Virus record (IMG/VR): IMGVR_UViG_3300030090_003700
Coordinates: 494 to 64,493 of that record
DNA length: 64,000 bases
Reading direction: 5' to 3' (one strand)
DNA from: a virus
Lineage: Duplodnaviria > Caudoviricetes
In this document: one piece after another, positions 23,201 through 31,466 of the stretch
Layout of the letters: every line of letters begins with the position of its first letter
How positions within the stretch are numbered: the stretch's first letter is position 1
Position numbers and translations under genes: made by a program
Notes under the pieces: model-generated
Databases searched by the model: none
Seen by the model: only the letters and a program-made list of their open reading frames with translations
Told to the model about the DNA's origin: nothing

Positions 23201-25291
23201 GGTATACGCGGCGCAGAAGGTGATAAAGCAAAACAATTTTTCCAAGAAAACCTTCATAGACCATATAATGCAGGTATTCAAGCTCTTAATTTTGAGCAAT
23301 TAAAATTAATGGATGATTTTAAAGCTATAAAAGACAAAGTAAAATCAGTGCCAAAAAGATTAAAAAAAGTAATAGAAGGTGATGTATATACAAATGAGCA
23401 AGCAATAAGAATATATATGTGGAAAAAACAAGGTATGGATATACCTGGTATTCCAAAACAAGATGTTCAAGACATGGTAAATCATGTTAAAAGTGATTTA
23501 AATTTATTGCAATTTGCAAATGATTTGATAAAAATAAACGGCGTTGATGGCTATCCTGCTCCAAATCAAAATTGGGAAGCTGGCACAATAGAAATGGATT
23601 TATATGATTCTATTAATGATACTAAAAGAGCAAAGCATTTAAAAGAGTGGCAAGATAATGTAAATATTTTATTTAGTAAAGAAAATTTAAATAAAATGGA
23701 AGCCGTATATGGTTCTAATTTTGTTAAAAATTTAACAGGTATGCTAGAAAGAATGCGTACTGGTAGAAACAGAACGTCTACTAATCCTATGATTACTAAA
23801 TGGCAAGATTGGATTAATGGATCGGTTGGTACAATAATGTTCTATAACATGCGTTCAGCAATCCTACAAACAATATCTATGGCCAACTATATAAATTGGC
23901 ATGATAATAATATGATAGCTGCTGGTAAAGCATTTGCAAATCAAAAACAATACTGGAGAGATTGGTTATATATATTTAATTCAGATTATCTTAGAGTAAG
24001 AAGAGGCGGTTTACAATTAAATGTAAATGAAAATGAATTAGCAGAAGCTGCAAATAAAAAAGGTGTTAGAGGTGTAATAGCTTTAATATTAAGAAATGGA
24101 TTTACACCTACAAGAATTGCAGATAGTATAGCGATTGCAACTGGCGGTGCTACAATGTACCGCAATAGAATATCAACATATTTAAAAGATGGATTATCGC
24201 AAACTGAAGCAGAAGCAAGAGCTTTTGAAGATTTTATGGAGGTTACAGAAGAATCACAGCAATCAAGTAGACCAGATAAAATATCTGCGCAACAAGCTAG
24301 CTCAGCGGGTAGAATATTATTAGCATTTGCTAATACACCTATGCAATATAACCGTATGATAAAAAGAGCAAGCCAAGATTTATATTATGGTAGAGGTAAT
24401 TGGAAAACAAATGTTAGTAAAATAGTTTATTATAGCTCAATACAAAACTTTCTATTTAACGCTTTACAAAAAGGAGTATACGCTTTAGGTTTTGGTTTAT
24501 ATGAAGATGACCCAGATAAACAAAAAGAAAAAACAACAAGTGTATTTGAAGGAATGGCTGATTCATTATTAAGAGGTGTGGGTATACAAGGACAAGTTGC
24601 ATTAACAGCAAAAGCATTTTTAAAAGATATAGCTAAAGAACGAAGAGGTTTTACAGAGGAAAACTGGGATAATATATTAGAATTATCACCACCTCTAGGA
24701 AGTAAAATTAGAAAAATGATGAGTGCTGATTATATGTTTAAAAAATATGAAAACAGTGTTCAAGCACAAGCAGTAGATATTCGTAATCCGTATCTTATGG
24801 CTTATGCGCAATATGCGTCAGCATTATTTAATATACCTTTAGATAGAGCATTAAGAAAAATACATAATTTGCAATCAGCAATGGCTGATGATACAGCGGA
24901 ATGGCAAAGAGCTGCGTTGTTTTTAGGATGGAACGAATGGGATATTGGTATTGATGGAATGGAAAGAGAGTTAGGTAAAACACCAATAAAAACTGAAGAA
25001 TATATAAAAGAAAGAGAAGAAACTAAAGAAGCACATCAAAGAAAAATTGATTCAATTGTAGATTTAGGTTACGTAAGAATTCCTTTATCTGGCCCAAAAT
25101 CATTCGAGCCGGAAGGTAAATTAGGAAAAGATTATTTAAGACTAAAAAGAAAAATTGACGGTAAATATCAATATTTTGTAACTGAAGAAATATTTAATAA
25201 AAAGTTTCCCCCGCCACCACCAAAAACAAGAAAAGAAATAGAGGCGCAAGTATTAGAAAGAATAAAGAAAAAATATAACGTAAAATTATAA
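17201..25291 (+). CDS. Giant multidomain internal virion polyprotein (zincin HExxH, HAD-like, PD-(D/E)xK-like modules)
   Basis: 2696 aa; GYHEFSH...PEEVIV; LDFDDT/ILTAR/FADD; DLQV...MEIK; repeated [FY]SDS linkers. Confidence 0.7.
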   Translation: MSDINNLLIEALYTKYAPEKNINAQINFVQSNYDSQDKFVEDFYKEYGVELTPEKKLFISQNFGGFGVTAKPTINEKDFDVSISPESADFVSFGSLTEQEEKNIKNKFTTEDNEPYLGYLDRKVYKYQATGENIFEQGANMAETSLGQNMFYNNYEIIETDELQLTEDLNYTAEDRDTHLANEIKKFKNPTNPEYNLSEAEIQEINQIKKEVFAGVVGADLQNEELYKKAASIKLLNRYKDEYTSSIIQTKVDKYIRSRADLFGGYEQMSGFGIEDPDKPKYEEFDRLKDIVFNDVDKFKEVNENILKEYDKNQELGKEILAYQEKTSQDDFEFNADEAIEMQNKLALYNANQKVLTDAISKFRLNTKNLNVLINSADLLGKDYDLLKKNLARIGLGFGDLGLGGLRVLSAVSNVVPFQAAWAQERGEMLDNLSLKWDNYKMGKMNSYSPDIKFADAFKDGNFGAFVAQEISTQIPIFTTMIGGGGIAGFATKRLLGASAATRTVSLFGRKTPLLPIAEATGAGGTIAITSGGQQYNTMTAQEMRDPFLEFSEAEKFLVSAGYGASEGVFGTAPSYLLLRNTANLFLRSGKSAAFKLNMKQYIAQNIAFPMVAEPLSEGLTTVTQNMLLGRPVMENVDHAMFSGLMFSVMMNASPAIAGRLMQDFSSITKMKEFNKINSEMNGIDKALNRKNSKFKKGTAEYDSLINTYNQLQMDRDAIVNDLYDNITTKVSKRSFKQFMENTSAQSDIRVRAEKIVKEGGMFLSAEDTNALNALQKEFDQYQFARDLFRSQENFGNEFANLKGKDSSLYDMYIKKAKQKLKADGINDPSSVKTFQEASSIYFDDQFELYTKNVKKNDLVNMQVFETNQELLNYLDSDPARKAELDKKEKRWVVEDGKLVYKTDTRRNAILKGDINGINTTINGKKFELISKENSLNNERAGTGYHEFSHSVLFEALAAQPEQYLDIAVAIRDYVKETDKKLYNLMFKSAGGQQADIANPEEVIVNFLERVAEGKIKDPKFIGVVSESLSKTSGLDVNFRSEIDTIKFLHDLGLKIKNGTFKRGDLKSIRVNLRGKLNEANTEVRKMIDDSKYSDSDANIIQTLYNNLGAEAAPQIANNKYVRKVINEVLRKYSNVPGYATYKKEFEDGLINDPTYGILGSLLTYDSNRDPVLVKRIIFNLRQRSKTIAEDIFPQAFADDVTEVKNVTEDVTSVEILDQRESLRISLGLNEDVINRVKQSVLKTFGGKLPNVTSIQFRRKLQESFRIFLKKTIAKDVLKQGDAYKAFLENNFELIYGVLSQGNINKRFKPFAEPILGKDGKQLREKTAEGNKIFIKRKLTKEEFVNYFVGEDVKPSTRGTRKTALAESLAEEIAFDATLDVLRDPAPIDNAGNTLLDRVEQIIEINGEEFSENYLAQVAKEIDRATDFKFSDSSAGITVLDFDDTVAISKSMVIVEMEDKTKKELTPAEFAKQHDALKKEGAKFDFSQFNKVIGGEKGPLFGRLQKAVNKFGNKNVFILTARPQEAAPAIKAWLKSQGIALAEKNIVGLSDGSPQAKADWILGKAQEGFNNFYFADDVLENTYAVEQVLSQVDVKYRVNQNFGPSQFSDSGKVEGLIEFIENAIDNEFTGDQLWQSMQKNNPLMYSIITKANKRGETEELFRAKQLKGLLGDKIEILNMEELENVLTSSRKAQDLQVLFKFKGGVNIGMEIKMSALAKMGSKNSYKKLLESYGADTMSKIIDIQTDLNGAIFGILKNEGLIEGEDYYFAPPPGKSETTDGYIEIRYDRKKLLEKTGYDRLARKPKPSRPDGGLLTAKGLQLSDTNKYEFNIPTLKPIVDLYTNKGAQYIIINGKIYSLATNPLNIDTASLLSLPYDSKLQVTMKDENGTGGEGRMIIRGYLQMAEKGTTKNINPSEFNDIKGVKTIEEAFTNFSDSNVNLDNEINNIIEKSSTAQGKTVKNIVRYSDTKAKILGKNKGKGGFLFRFSADDLQGFTYEIIKGIRGAEGDKAKQFFQENLHRPYNAGIQALNFEQLKLMDDFKAIKDKVKSVPKRLKKVIEGDVYTNEQAIRIYMWKKQGMDIPGIPKQDVQDMVNHVKSDLNLLQFANDLIKINGVDGYPAPNQNWEAGTIEMDLYDSINDTKRAKHLKEWQDNVNILFSKENLNKMEAVYGSNFVKNLTGMLERMRTGRNRTSTNPMITKWQDWINGSVGTIMFYNMRSAILQTISMANYINWHDNNMIAAGKAFANQKQYWRDWLYIFNSDYLRVRRGGLQLNVNENELAEAANKKGVRGVIALILRNGFTPTRIADSIAIATGGATMYRNRISTYLKDGLSQTEAEARAFEDFMEVTEESQQSSRPDKISAQQASSAGRILLAFANTPMQYNRMIKRASQDLYYGRGNWKTNVSKIVYYSSIQNFLFNALQKGVYALGFGLYEDDPDKQKEKTTSVFEGMADSLLRGVGIQGQVALTAKAFLKDIAKERRGFTEENWDNILELSPPLGSKIRKMMSADYMFKKYENSVQAQAVDIRNPYLMAYAQYASALFNIPLDRALRKIHNLQSAMADDTAEWQRAALFLGWNEWDIGIDGMERELGKTPIKTEEYIKEREETKEAHQRKIDSIVDLGYVRIPLSGPKSFEPEGKLGKDYLRLKRKIDGKYQYFVTEEIFNKKFPPPPPKTRKEIEAQVLERIKKKYNVKL

Positions 25292-25294
25292 ACT

Positions 25295-25426
25295 ATGGCA
25301 AAAGACGCATGTTACAAAAAAGTAAAAGCAAGGTATAAAGTGTTCCCATCCGCTTACGCTAGTGGCGCAATCGCTAAGTGTAGAAAAGTAGGAGCAGCTA
25401 ACTGGGGTAATAAATCTAAAAAATAA
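25295..25426 (+). CDS. Small basic protein (43 aa, not in ORF track)
   Basis: MAKDACYKKVKARYKVFPSAYASGAIAKCRKVGAANWGNKSKK read by hand; tightly packed. Confidence 0.7.
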   Translation: MAKDACYKKVKARYKVFPSAYASGAIAKCRKVGAANWGNKSKK

Positions 25427-25429
25427 ATT

Positions 25430-25573
25430 ATGGCAAAAAAAGACTTTAAACCACATATGATGTATTGTAAAGACGGTAAAGAATATGAAGCAAAAACATA
25501 TCAAGACCATTTAAAATATAAAAAACAAGGCTGTGGCCATAAAAAACCAATAAATGGCAGTAAGGAAAACTAA
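25430..25573 (+). CDS. Small basic protein (47 aa, not in ORF track)
   Basis: MAKKDFKPHMMYCKDGK...DHLKYKKQGCGH read by hand. Confidence 0.6.
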   Translation: MAKKDFKPHMMYCKDGKEYEAKTYQDHLKYKKQGCGHKKPINGSKEN

Positions 25574-25829
25574 AAAAGGAGCTGCTCTTAAACGTTGGTT
25601 TAAAGAAAAATGGATTGATGTACGTACAGGTAAACCATGCGGTAGACGTAAGGGTGAGAAGCGTGGTACACCTTATTGTAGACCAAGTAAAAGAGTATCA
25701 AGTAAAACGCCTAAAACTTCTGGCGAGATGTCTGCTTCGGAAAAAAGAGCTAAGATTGCAGAAAAAAAGCGATTAGGACAGCCAGCAGGTAAGCCAAGAA
25801 GAGTAAAAAACGTTAAAAGACGTAAATAA
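25554..25829 (+). CDS. Small highly basic Cys-containing protein
   Basis: LKRWFKEKW...KPCGR...PYCRP; K/R-rich. Confidence 0.7.
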   Translation: MAVRKTKKGAALKRWFKEKWIDVRTGKPCGRRKGEKRGTPYCRPSKRVSSKTPKTSGEMSASEKRAKIAEKKRLGQPAGKPRRVKNVKRRK

Positions 25830-25863
25830 CAGGTGATTACATATATTATACAAACTTAACAAT

Positions 25864-27054
25864 ATGAAACAAATTTTAACTATTTTAGCGTTATTAATAT
25901 CATTTAATATTACTGCGCAAGAAGAAAAGGAAAAAGGTAAATTTTTCAAATCTATTTATGATGAATTATTTAAATATGGTACATTATATGTAGCAGGTGA
26001 TATTAAGAATCCAAGAGAAAATCCTAAAGATTATTTTGTAAGAACAAACCCTGATGGTAATTTATATACGCCACCAGTTGTTGTTGATGGTACAGACTAT
26101 TACGATTTTGATTATCGTTATGGTTTTGGTATTCGTAAGATCGCAAGGTTTGATTATGAAAGAAAAGCTAAAGAATATTACAATGGGACTGAATCTAACG
26201 TAGCTATGACAGCTCCTAATTCATCAATTAAAGGTTTAGAGTATGTATTTCATACGGAAAAAGAAAGGTCCAGAGATGAGATATTTAAAAATCATCGTTA
26301 TTTTGTAAAACATAGTGGTAAATACCACATGGTTAAGTTAGAAAGTAGAGCGCAAGGTAAAGTTGATTTTAAATACAAATCAGCAGAGGTTAGAGCTAAA
26401 TTACCTATTGGAAAAAAGTTTAGCTTATCAGCAGGTGCAATGTATCGTACACATGAAAGAGCTTACGGATATAATCCAATTGAAATATGGTTAAATGAAA
26501 CAAATGAAAACGGTTGGCCAGTAAATTATTGGTATCAGTTAGGTTATCAATATGGATATACAGATCAATGGGTTACTATTAATATTGATGGAGAAGAAGT
26601 GTTTGATTATTATTGGTATGATCCAGAAGGAAACACAGTAGCATATACTGATTTACAGTTCCGTGATACTATATTTGAATCATTAATTAATCGTTACAAT
26701 AACGAACAATGGGATTTACTAGATCCATTTGGTGTTGTTTCACCTGTGGTCGGATTTGATTTTTATCATTTCAAGTCAAATTTCTGGCTTCATGCTTATG
26801 GCTCTTATTTATTACCATATCATAAATATGTTGAAGGTGATGAAGACTTTAGTTATTTAAATAGAAATAACTGGGGATTAGGTGGACTAAGACAAGACTC
26901 AGAACTTGAACAATGGGAAGATTTTCAAGCTGGTATAAACTTTGGATGGAAACTAAACAGATCAATAGGTGTATTTTTTGAAGGTGAATATACTAAGTTC
27001 TGGGATAGTAGAATATATAACGGGTCTGTTGGACTAAATATAACACTAAGATAA
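25864..27054 (+). CDS. Secreted, probable outer-membrane beta-barrel protein
   Basis: Sec signal MKQILTILALLISFNITAQ; aromatic-rich alternating strands; terminal strand YNGSVGLNITLR. Confidence 0.6.
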   Translation: MKQILTILALLISFNITAQEEKEKGKFFKSIYDELFKYGTLYVAGDIKNPRENPKDYFVRTNPDGNLYTPPVVVDGTDYYDFDYRYGFGIRKIARFDYERKAKEYYNGTESNVAMTAPNSSIKGLEYVFHTEKERSRDEIFKNHRYFVKHSGKYHMVKLESRAQGKVDFKYKSAEVRAKLPIGKKFSLSAGAMYRTHERAYGYNPIEIWLNETNENGWPVNYWYQLGYQYGYTDQWVTINIDGEEVFDYYWYDPEGNTVAYTDLQFRDTIFESLINRYNNEQWDLLDPFGVVSPVVGFDFYHFKSNFWLHAYGSYLLPYHKYVEGDEDFSYLNRNNWGLGGLRQDSELEQWEDFQAGINFGWKLNRSIGVFFEGEYTKFWDSRIYNGSVGLNITLR

Positions 27055-27341
27055 TGGCAAAGCAAATCGGAGAAGATACTAAAGTAACATTAGATTTAAA
27101 AACAATAGGTTTAATAATTGGCGGTGTAGTTTCACTAGCTAGCATGTATTTTGTAATGCAAGCTGATATTGCTAGAGCGATGGAATTACCTGAGCCAGTT
27201 ATAGATAGAGTTGAATATGATTTAAAAGATGAATTAATTCGTCAAACAATTATGGACACTCAAGAAGATGTCGAGGAAATAAAAGAAACTATTGATAAAA
27301 TAGATCAAAGATTATACGATATACAAAGTAAACAAAGATAG
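27054..27341 (+). CDS. Single-TM coiled-coil protein
   Basis: TM segment IGLIIGGVVSLASMYFVM followed by heptad-rich region. Confidence 0.6.
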   Translation: MAKQIGEDTKVTLDLKTIGLIIGGVVSLASMYFVMQADIARAMELPEPVIDRVEYDLKDELIRQTIMDTQEDVEEIKETIDKIDQRLYDIQSKQR

Positions 27342-27342
27342 T

Positions 27343-27741
27343 ATGAAGTACTTAAATATAATTTTACTTTTAATTACATTTAATTCATTTGGACAAGAGT
27401 GGATAGTTGATGATAATTTTGATAGTAAGATAAATGAAAAGCAAGCGTTTGGTGATAATCAAAATTTACCCGTAATAGTTGAATTTTATGCATCATTTAA
27501 CGACGCCAATAAATTTGAAGACTGGGATAAATTAGAAAACGTTATATATTATAGAGCGGATATAGCTAAATGTCCAGCAGCAAAAAAGAAATATAAAGTG
27601 CGAATGGCACCAACATTAATTATATTTAAAGAAGGTATAAAAGAAATAGTATTTAAAGCAGGATTAGATTTAATGTTACCTGCTGATTTAGAAGAAATAC
27701 AAGAATCCATTAACGAAGTCAACGCGGCTTCACAATTTTAA
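27343..27741 (+). CDS. Secreted thioredoxin-fold protein lacking CxxC
   Basis: Signal peptide; VIVEFYASFN and YKVRMAPTLIIFKEG match the thioredoxin pattern but WCxxC is replaced. Confidence 0.65.
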   Translation: MKYLNIILLLITFNSFGQEWIVDDNFDSKINEKQAFGDNQNLPVIVEFYASFNDANKFEDWDKLENVIYYRADIAKCPAAKKKYKVRMAPTLIIFKEGIKEIVFKAGLDLMLPADLEEIQESINEVNAASQF

Positions 27742-27745
27742 AAAC

Positions 27746-28159
27746 ATGAGTGATGCAAAATTTATGAATACGCTGTACAATAAGCCTATTCAAAACATGA
27801 ACCAAGAAGAATCTACCGCTTATTCTGAAGGGCAAAACACAGGAATAATAGCTGGTATTTCTATGCTGCCTATTGGTAGAGCAATCGGTTTTGGAGGTAG
27901 TATACTTTCAAAAGCACCTGCATTAGCAAGAACAATAAAAGCATTTACACAAGCACCAAGACAATATCTTACTTTAGCAACTAGTGGTGTAAAGGTTGCA
28001 GATAAGGCTAAAAAAGTAAGTGCAGTTAAAGAACTTGCTCAACAAACACCAAGATCTGGCTCAGGTAATATTAGCCCTATTATTTCAAATAATAAAATAG
28101 TAGATAAGTTACCAAAATTAAGTAACGTTAAAAATTTAGATGAATTTTTCGGATTATAA
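27746..28159 (+). CDS. Hypothetical protein
   Basis: 137-aa ORF with central Gly-rich hydrophobic stretch. Confidence 0.5.
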   Translation: MSDAKFMNTLYNKPIQNMNQEESTAYSEGQNTGIIAGISMLPIGRAIGFGGSILSKAPALARTIKAFTQAPRQYLTLATSGVKVADKAKKVSAVKELAQQTPRSGSGNISPIISNNKIVDKLPKLSNVKNLDEFFGL

Positions 28160-28173
28160 AAAAATGATTATGA

Positions 28174-28512
28174 GTGAAAGCAATACTTGTCCTCTTTGCG
28201 GCGGTTACTGTGGGCTGTGCTAGTTCGCAAGATATAGGTAAAGATAAATATTATCATTTTGCAGCGGGAGCTACAACAGCAGCAGTTGCAAATGAAATGG
28301 AATTACCAAAAGTAGCATCCTCTTTTGCAGCGGGATTTGCTAAAGAAACGTATGACTATATACGAAATGGTCAATTTGATGCTAGAGACTTGGTAGCCAC
28401 TACATTAGGTGGTATAGTAGTAAATTATATAATTAAATTAACAAAAAAGAAAAAAAATGTGGAAATTAACAAAGAAGTATCTAAAGGACGTTTGGGTACT
28501 ATTATGGAGTAA
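28174..28512 (+). CDS. Putative lipoprotein (YfiM/DUF2279-like)
   Basis: Lipobox VTVG-C; DKYYHFAAG...KETYD...DLVATTLGG pattern; GTG start. Confidence 0.55.
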   Translation: MKAILVLFAAVTVGCASSQDIGKDKYYHFAAGATTAAVANEMELPKVASSFAAGFAKETYDYIRNGQFDARDLVATTLGGIVVNYIIKLTKKKKNVEINKEVSKGRLGTIME

Positions 28513-28696
28513 AACTGAAGTAGACGAAAAAGCAATAGCTACTTTAAAAGAAGTACAAAAAAGATATAAACTTACAGTTCAAGAAATTGAAGACGTTGCA
28601 TCAGCAATGAAAGAAGTTGCAAATCAAATTGATGATATACCCGGTGCATTAGAAGGTAAAGCGCGTAAAGGAAGAAAGAATGCAAAAAATAAGTAA
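28457..28696 (+). CDS. Hypothetical protein
   Basis: 79-aa ORF overlapping both neighbours, just before endolysin. Confidence 0.55.
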   Translation: MWKLTKKYLKDVWVLLWSKTEVDEKAIATLKEVQKRYKLTVQEIEDVASAMKEVANQIDDIPGALEGKARKGRKNAKNK

Positions 28697-29141
28697 GAAT
28701 ATAAGTTATAAAGAAGGTGTGTATAGCATTACGGCTGATAGATTAGGTTTAGAAAATAAACCCACTGAAGAACACCTAGCTAACATGAAAGAAGTGGCTG
28801 AAAAAGTATTTCAACCATTAAGAACATGGGTAAACGCTCCAATAAAAATTAATTCATTCTATAGATCACCTGAATTAAATAAAGCAATTGGTGGATCATC
28901 TAAATCACAACATTGCAAAGGACAAGCAATGGATATTGACGATACATATGGTCACGCTACTAATGCAGACATGTTTATGTATATAAGAGAAAATTTAGAT
29001 TTTGATCAAATGATTTGGGAATTCGGTGATGATAAAAATCCTAACTGGGTACACGTAAGTTATGTATCACCAGAGGATAACAGAAATAGATGTTTGAAAG
29101 CTTATCGTGAAAATGGTAAGACTAAATACATGGTAATATAA
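28680..29141 (+). CDS. Endolysin, peptidase M15A family
   Basis: INSFYRSPELNKAIGGS..SQHCKGQAMD and WVHVSY Zn-binding motifs. Confidence 0.88.
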   Translation: MQKISKNISYKEGVYSITADRLGLENKPTEEHLANMKEVAEKVFQPLRTWVNAPIKINSFYRSPELNKAIGGSSKSQHCKGQAMDIDDTYGHATNADMFMYIRENLDFDQMIWEFGDDKNPNWVHVSYVSPEDNRNRCLKAYRENGKTKYMVI

Positions 29142-29506
29142 TGTACGAATATAAAATAACAATTGACCGTTGGGTTGATGGCGATACCGTAGATGTAGAT
29201 ATTGATTTAGGATTTGATATAATATTAAAGAAACAACGTGTAAGATTACATGGTATAAATGCACCTGAATCAAGAACAAGAGATTTAGAAGAAAAAGAAA
29301 AAGGTTTAGCAGCTAAAGAGTTTTGTAAAAACTTTTGTAAGGAAGGTGAACCAGCTATTCTTAAAACTAAAACATATGATGCAAGCGGTAAGTACGGTAG
29401 AATTTTAGGTGAGATATGGTCTGCAGGAGAATTTGCAGATAAATCGTTAAACGAATATCTTATTGAAAAAGGACACGCTGTTGAGTACCACGGTGGTAAA
29501 AGATAA
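29141..29506 (+). CDS. Thermonuclease (SNase-like)
   Basis: VDGDTVD, RVRLHGINAPE, GKYGRILG motifs. Confidence 0.88.
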   Translation: MYEYKITIDRWVDGDTVDVDIDLGFDIILKKQRVRLHGINAPESRTRDLEEKEKGLAAKEFCKNFCKEGEPAILKTKTYDASGKYGRILGEIWSAGEFADKSLNEYLIEKGHAVEYHGGKR

Positions 29507-29509
29507 ATT

Positions 29510-29728
29510 ATGTGGAAATTATTTAAAGACGAAAATGATATAAATGAAAAAGCTATTGTAGGTTTTGCTTCATTTATTATCATGGTTATATTTGCTTTAG
29601 CAGATTTAATAACCGGTTATTTTGGTGAAGATCTAGTTATAAACGAAGTTATTTATAACTCTTTTGTCATAGTTACATTAGGTAGTTTTGGAATAAGTTC
29701 CATAGAAAAAATAAAGGGAAGCAATTAA
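29510..29728 (+). CDS. Two-TM membrane protein, holin candidate
   Basis: 72 aa with two hydrophobic helices, near endolysin. Confidence 0.5.
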   Translation: MWKLFKDENDINEKAIVGFASFIIMVIFALADLITGYFGEDLVINEVIYNSFVIVTLGSFGISSIEKIKGSN

Positions 29729-29743
29729 GCCTCCCTTTTTTTA
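29712..29743. terminator. Bidirectional terminator between convergent arms
   Basis: AAAGGGAAGC-AATTAA-GCCTCCCTTTTTTT with flanking A and T tracts. Confidence 0.75.
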
Positions 29744-31465
29744 TTATCCATCACAGGCTAAACAATTCTCATCCATAGCTTGTTCAGCAATATCTCCTCT
29801 TAGTACAGACTCTGTACGAACATAATACAAAGTTTTAATACCTTTTTTCCACGCTTCTAAATGAACTTTATTAAGCCATTTAGGTGTAGCTACAGAAGGA
29901 AATGCTAAATTTAAACTAACAGATTGGTCAATATATTGTTGACGTATTCCTGCTTGATTAACTAATTCTAGTTGATTTATTTCTTTAAAAGTTTTGAATA
30001 TTTCTTTGACGGGTATATCGTGACTTCCATAAGTAATTTTGTCTAATGCTTTTATACCTTGGATTGATCCTCCGTCTGCTAAGATTTTGTTCCATATTTT
30101 TTCATTATCTAATTTATGTTTTCTTAATATCTTTCTTAGCGTAGGATTTTTTCTTATAAATGTACCCTTTGCTGATTGCTCAGTAAATATATTAGCGGCC
30201 CAAGGCTCAATACCAGGACTAACATTACCGCTAAGCTTGCTATTAGACACAGTAGGAGCAATAGCCCGTAAATGCGTGTTACGCATTCCAGTACCACGGC
30301 ACCAAAGAGGTTCGCCATACGTTTCAGCCAATGCGCGACTTGCTCTTTCACTTTCAATTTTAATTTGTGAAAATATCCTACGAGTTTCAAACTGTGCGAG
30401 TAAACCTTCAAAAGGAATACCTTTGTCTTGTAAATAGGTATGCCAACCAAGAACACCAAGTCCAAGGGCTCTACCCTTTTCAGCCGACCTAACAGCGTTT
30501 TCAAATCCGTATCTATATTTTGCTCTTTGTATAAATTCTTCAAGTACCCCATCCAAGAACCAAATCGCATCATGAATGATGTTTGTGTTTTTCCATTCTT
30601 CATATTTTGCTAAGTTTAATGATGATAAACAACACACAAAACTATGTGACTCATCTGTATGTAATGTTATTTCACTACATATATTAGTCATATGTACTTT
30701 TAAAGCGTTGTCTTTGTAAGCCGCTGGATTTTGTTTGTTAGTGTTACCTTTAAAAAGTATATAAGGTTCTCCAGTCGCTTTACGTTTTTGCAATAACTTA
30801 CTCCATTTTTTTCTTGCAACTTTATCGCCTGCTTCAAGTCTTCGCATGAATTTATCGCCGACGACAGCGCATTGATGTAAGTTAAGCGATTGTCTGTTGA
30901 TGTCTCCTTTAGGTTCTCTAATTTCGAGCCACTCTTCAAAATCATCGTGGTCAATGTTAATATTAACGCTAGCTGCTCCTCTTCTAACGGATCCTTGATT
31001 TGTTGCAAGAATAGTTGAATCGTATATTTTACAGAAAGGCACCACTCCGTCGCTTGTTCCATTTCCAGTTATTTTTGCGCCGGCGGGTCTAATCATATTA
31101 ATTCCGATACCTACTCCACCGCCGTGCTTAGCGAGTAACATCATCTCTAAATTCTTTTTACCAATATCTTGTATACTATCAGCAACGTCAATTCCAAAAC
31201 AACTAATAGGCAAACCTCGATCTATACCTGTATTAGAAAGCACTGGGGACGCTAAACATAGCCAACCTTTCCATATATATTCAAAAAAGGTTTCAGCTAA
31301 TTCTGGACGATATAAACGCTTCGCAACAGTTGTTGAAACACGCATATAAGCGTCACGTGGCGACTCACCATTATATAGATAACCACCTGTAATTGTTTTC
31401 TTATAAACATCTGTATCACCCCAAACAGGGTAATCAATTCCTTTTTTCCAATCTTTATTCCACAT
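29744..31465 (-). CDS. nrdA: Ribonucleotide reductase class I alpha subunit (no ATP cone)
   Basis: PISCF, GGGVG, TNICSEI, IAPTVSNS, KTLYY and C-terminal CLAC motifs. Confidence 0.95.
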   Translation of the reverse strand: MWNKDWKKGIDYPVWGDTDVYKKTITGGYLYNGESPRDAYMRVSTTVAKRLYRPELAETFFEYIWKGWLCLASPVLSNTGIDRGLPISCFGIDVADSIQDIGKKNLEMMLLAKHGGGVGIGINMIRPAGAKITGNGTSDGVVPFCKIYDSTILATNQGSVRRGAASVNINIDHDDFEEWLEIREPKGDINRQSLNLHQCAVVGDKFMRRLEAGDKVARKKWSKLLQKRKATGEPYILFKGNTNKQNPAAYKDNALKVHMTNICSEITLHTDESHSFVCCLSSLNLAKYEEWKNTNIIHDAIWFLDGVLEEFIQRAKYRYGFENAVRSAEKGRALGLGVLGWHTYLQDKGIPFEGLLAQFETRRIFSQIKIESERASRALAETYGEPLWCRGTGMRNTHLRAIAPTVSNSKLSGNVSPGIEPWAANIFTEQSAKGTFIRKNPTLRKILRKHKLDNEKIWNKILADGGSIQGIKALDKITYGSHDIPVKEIFKTFKEINQLELVNQAGIRQQYIDQSVSLNLAFPSVATPKWLNKVHLEAWKKGIKTLYYVRTESVLRGDIAEQAMDENCLACDG

Positions 31466-31466
31466 A

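Noticed and set aside
17201-25291. Virion RNA polymerase
   Set aside because: No DxDGD or DFDID catalytic motif found; DFDDT sits in HAD context with LTAR and DD motifs
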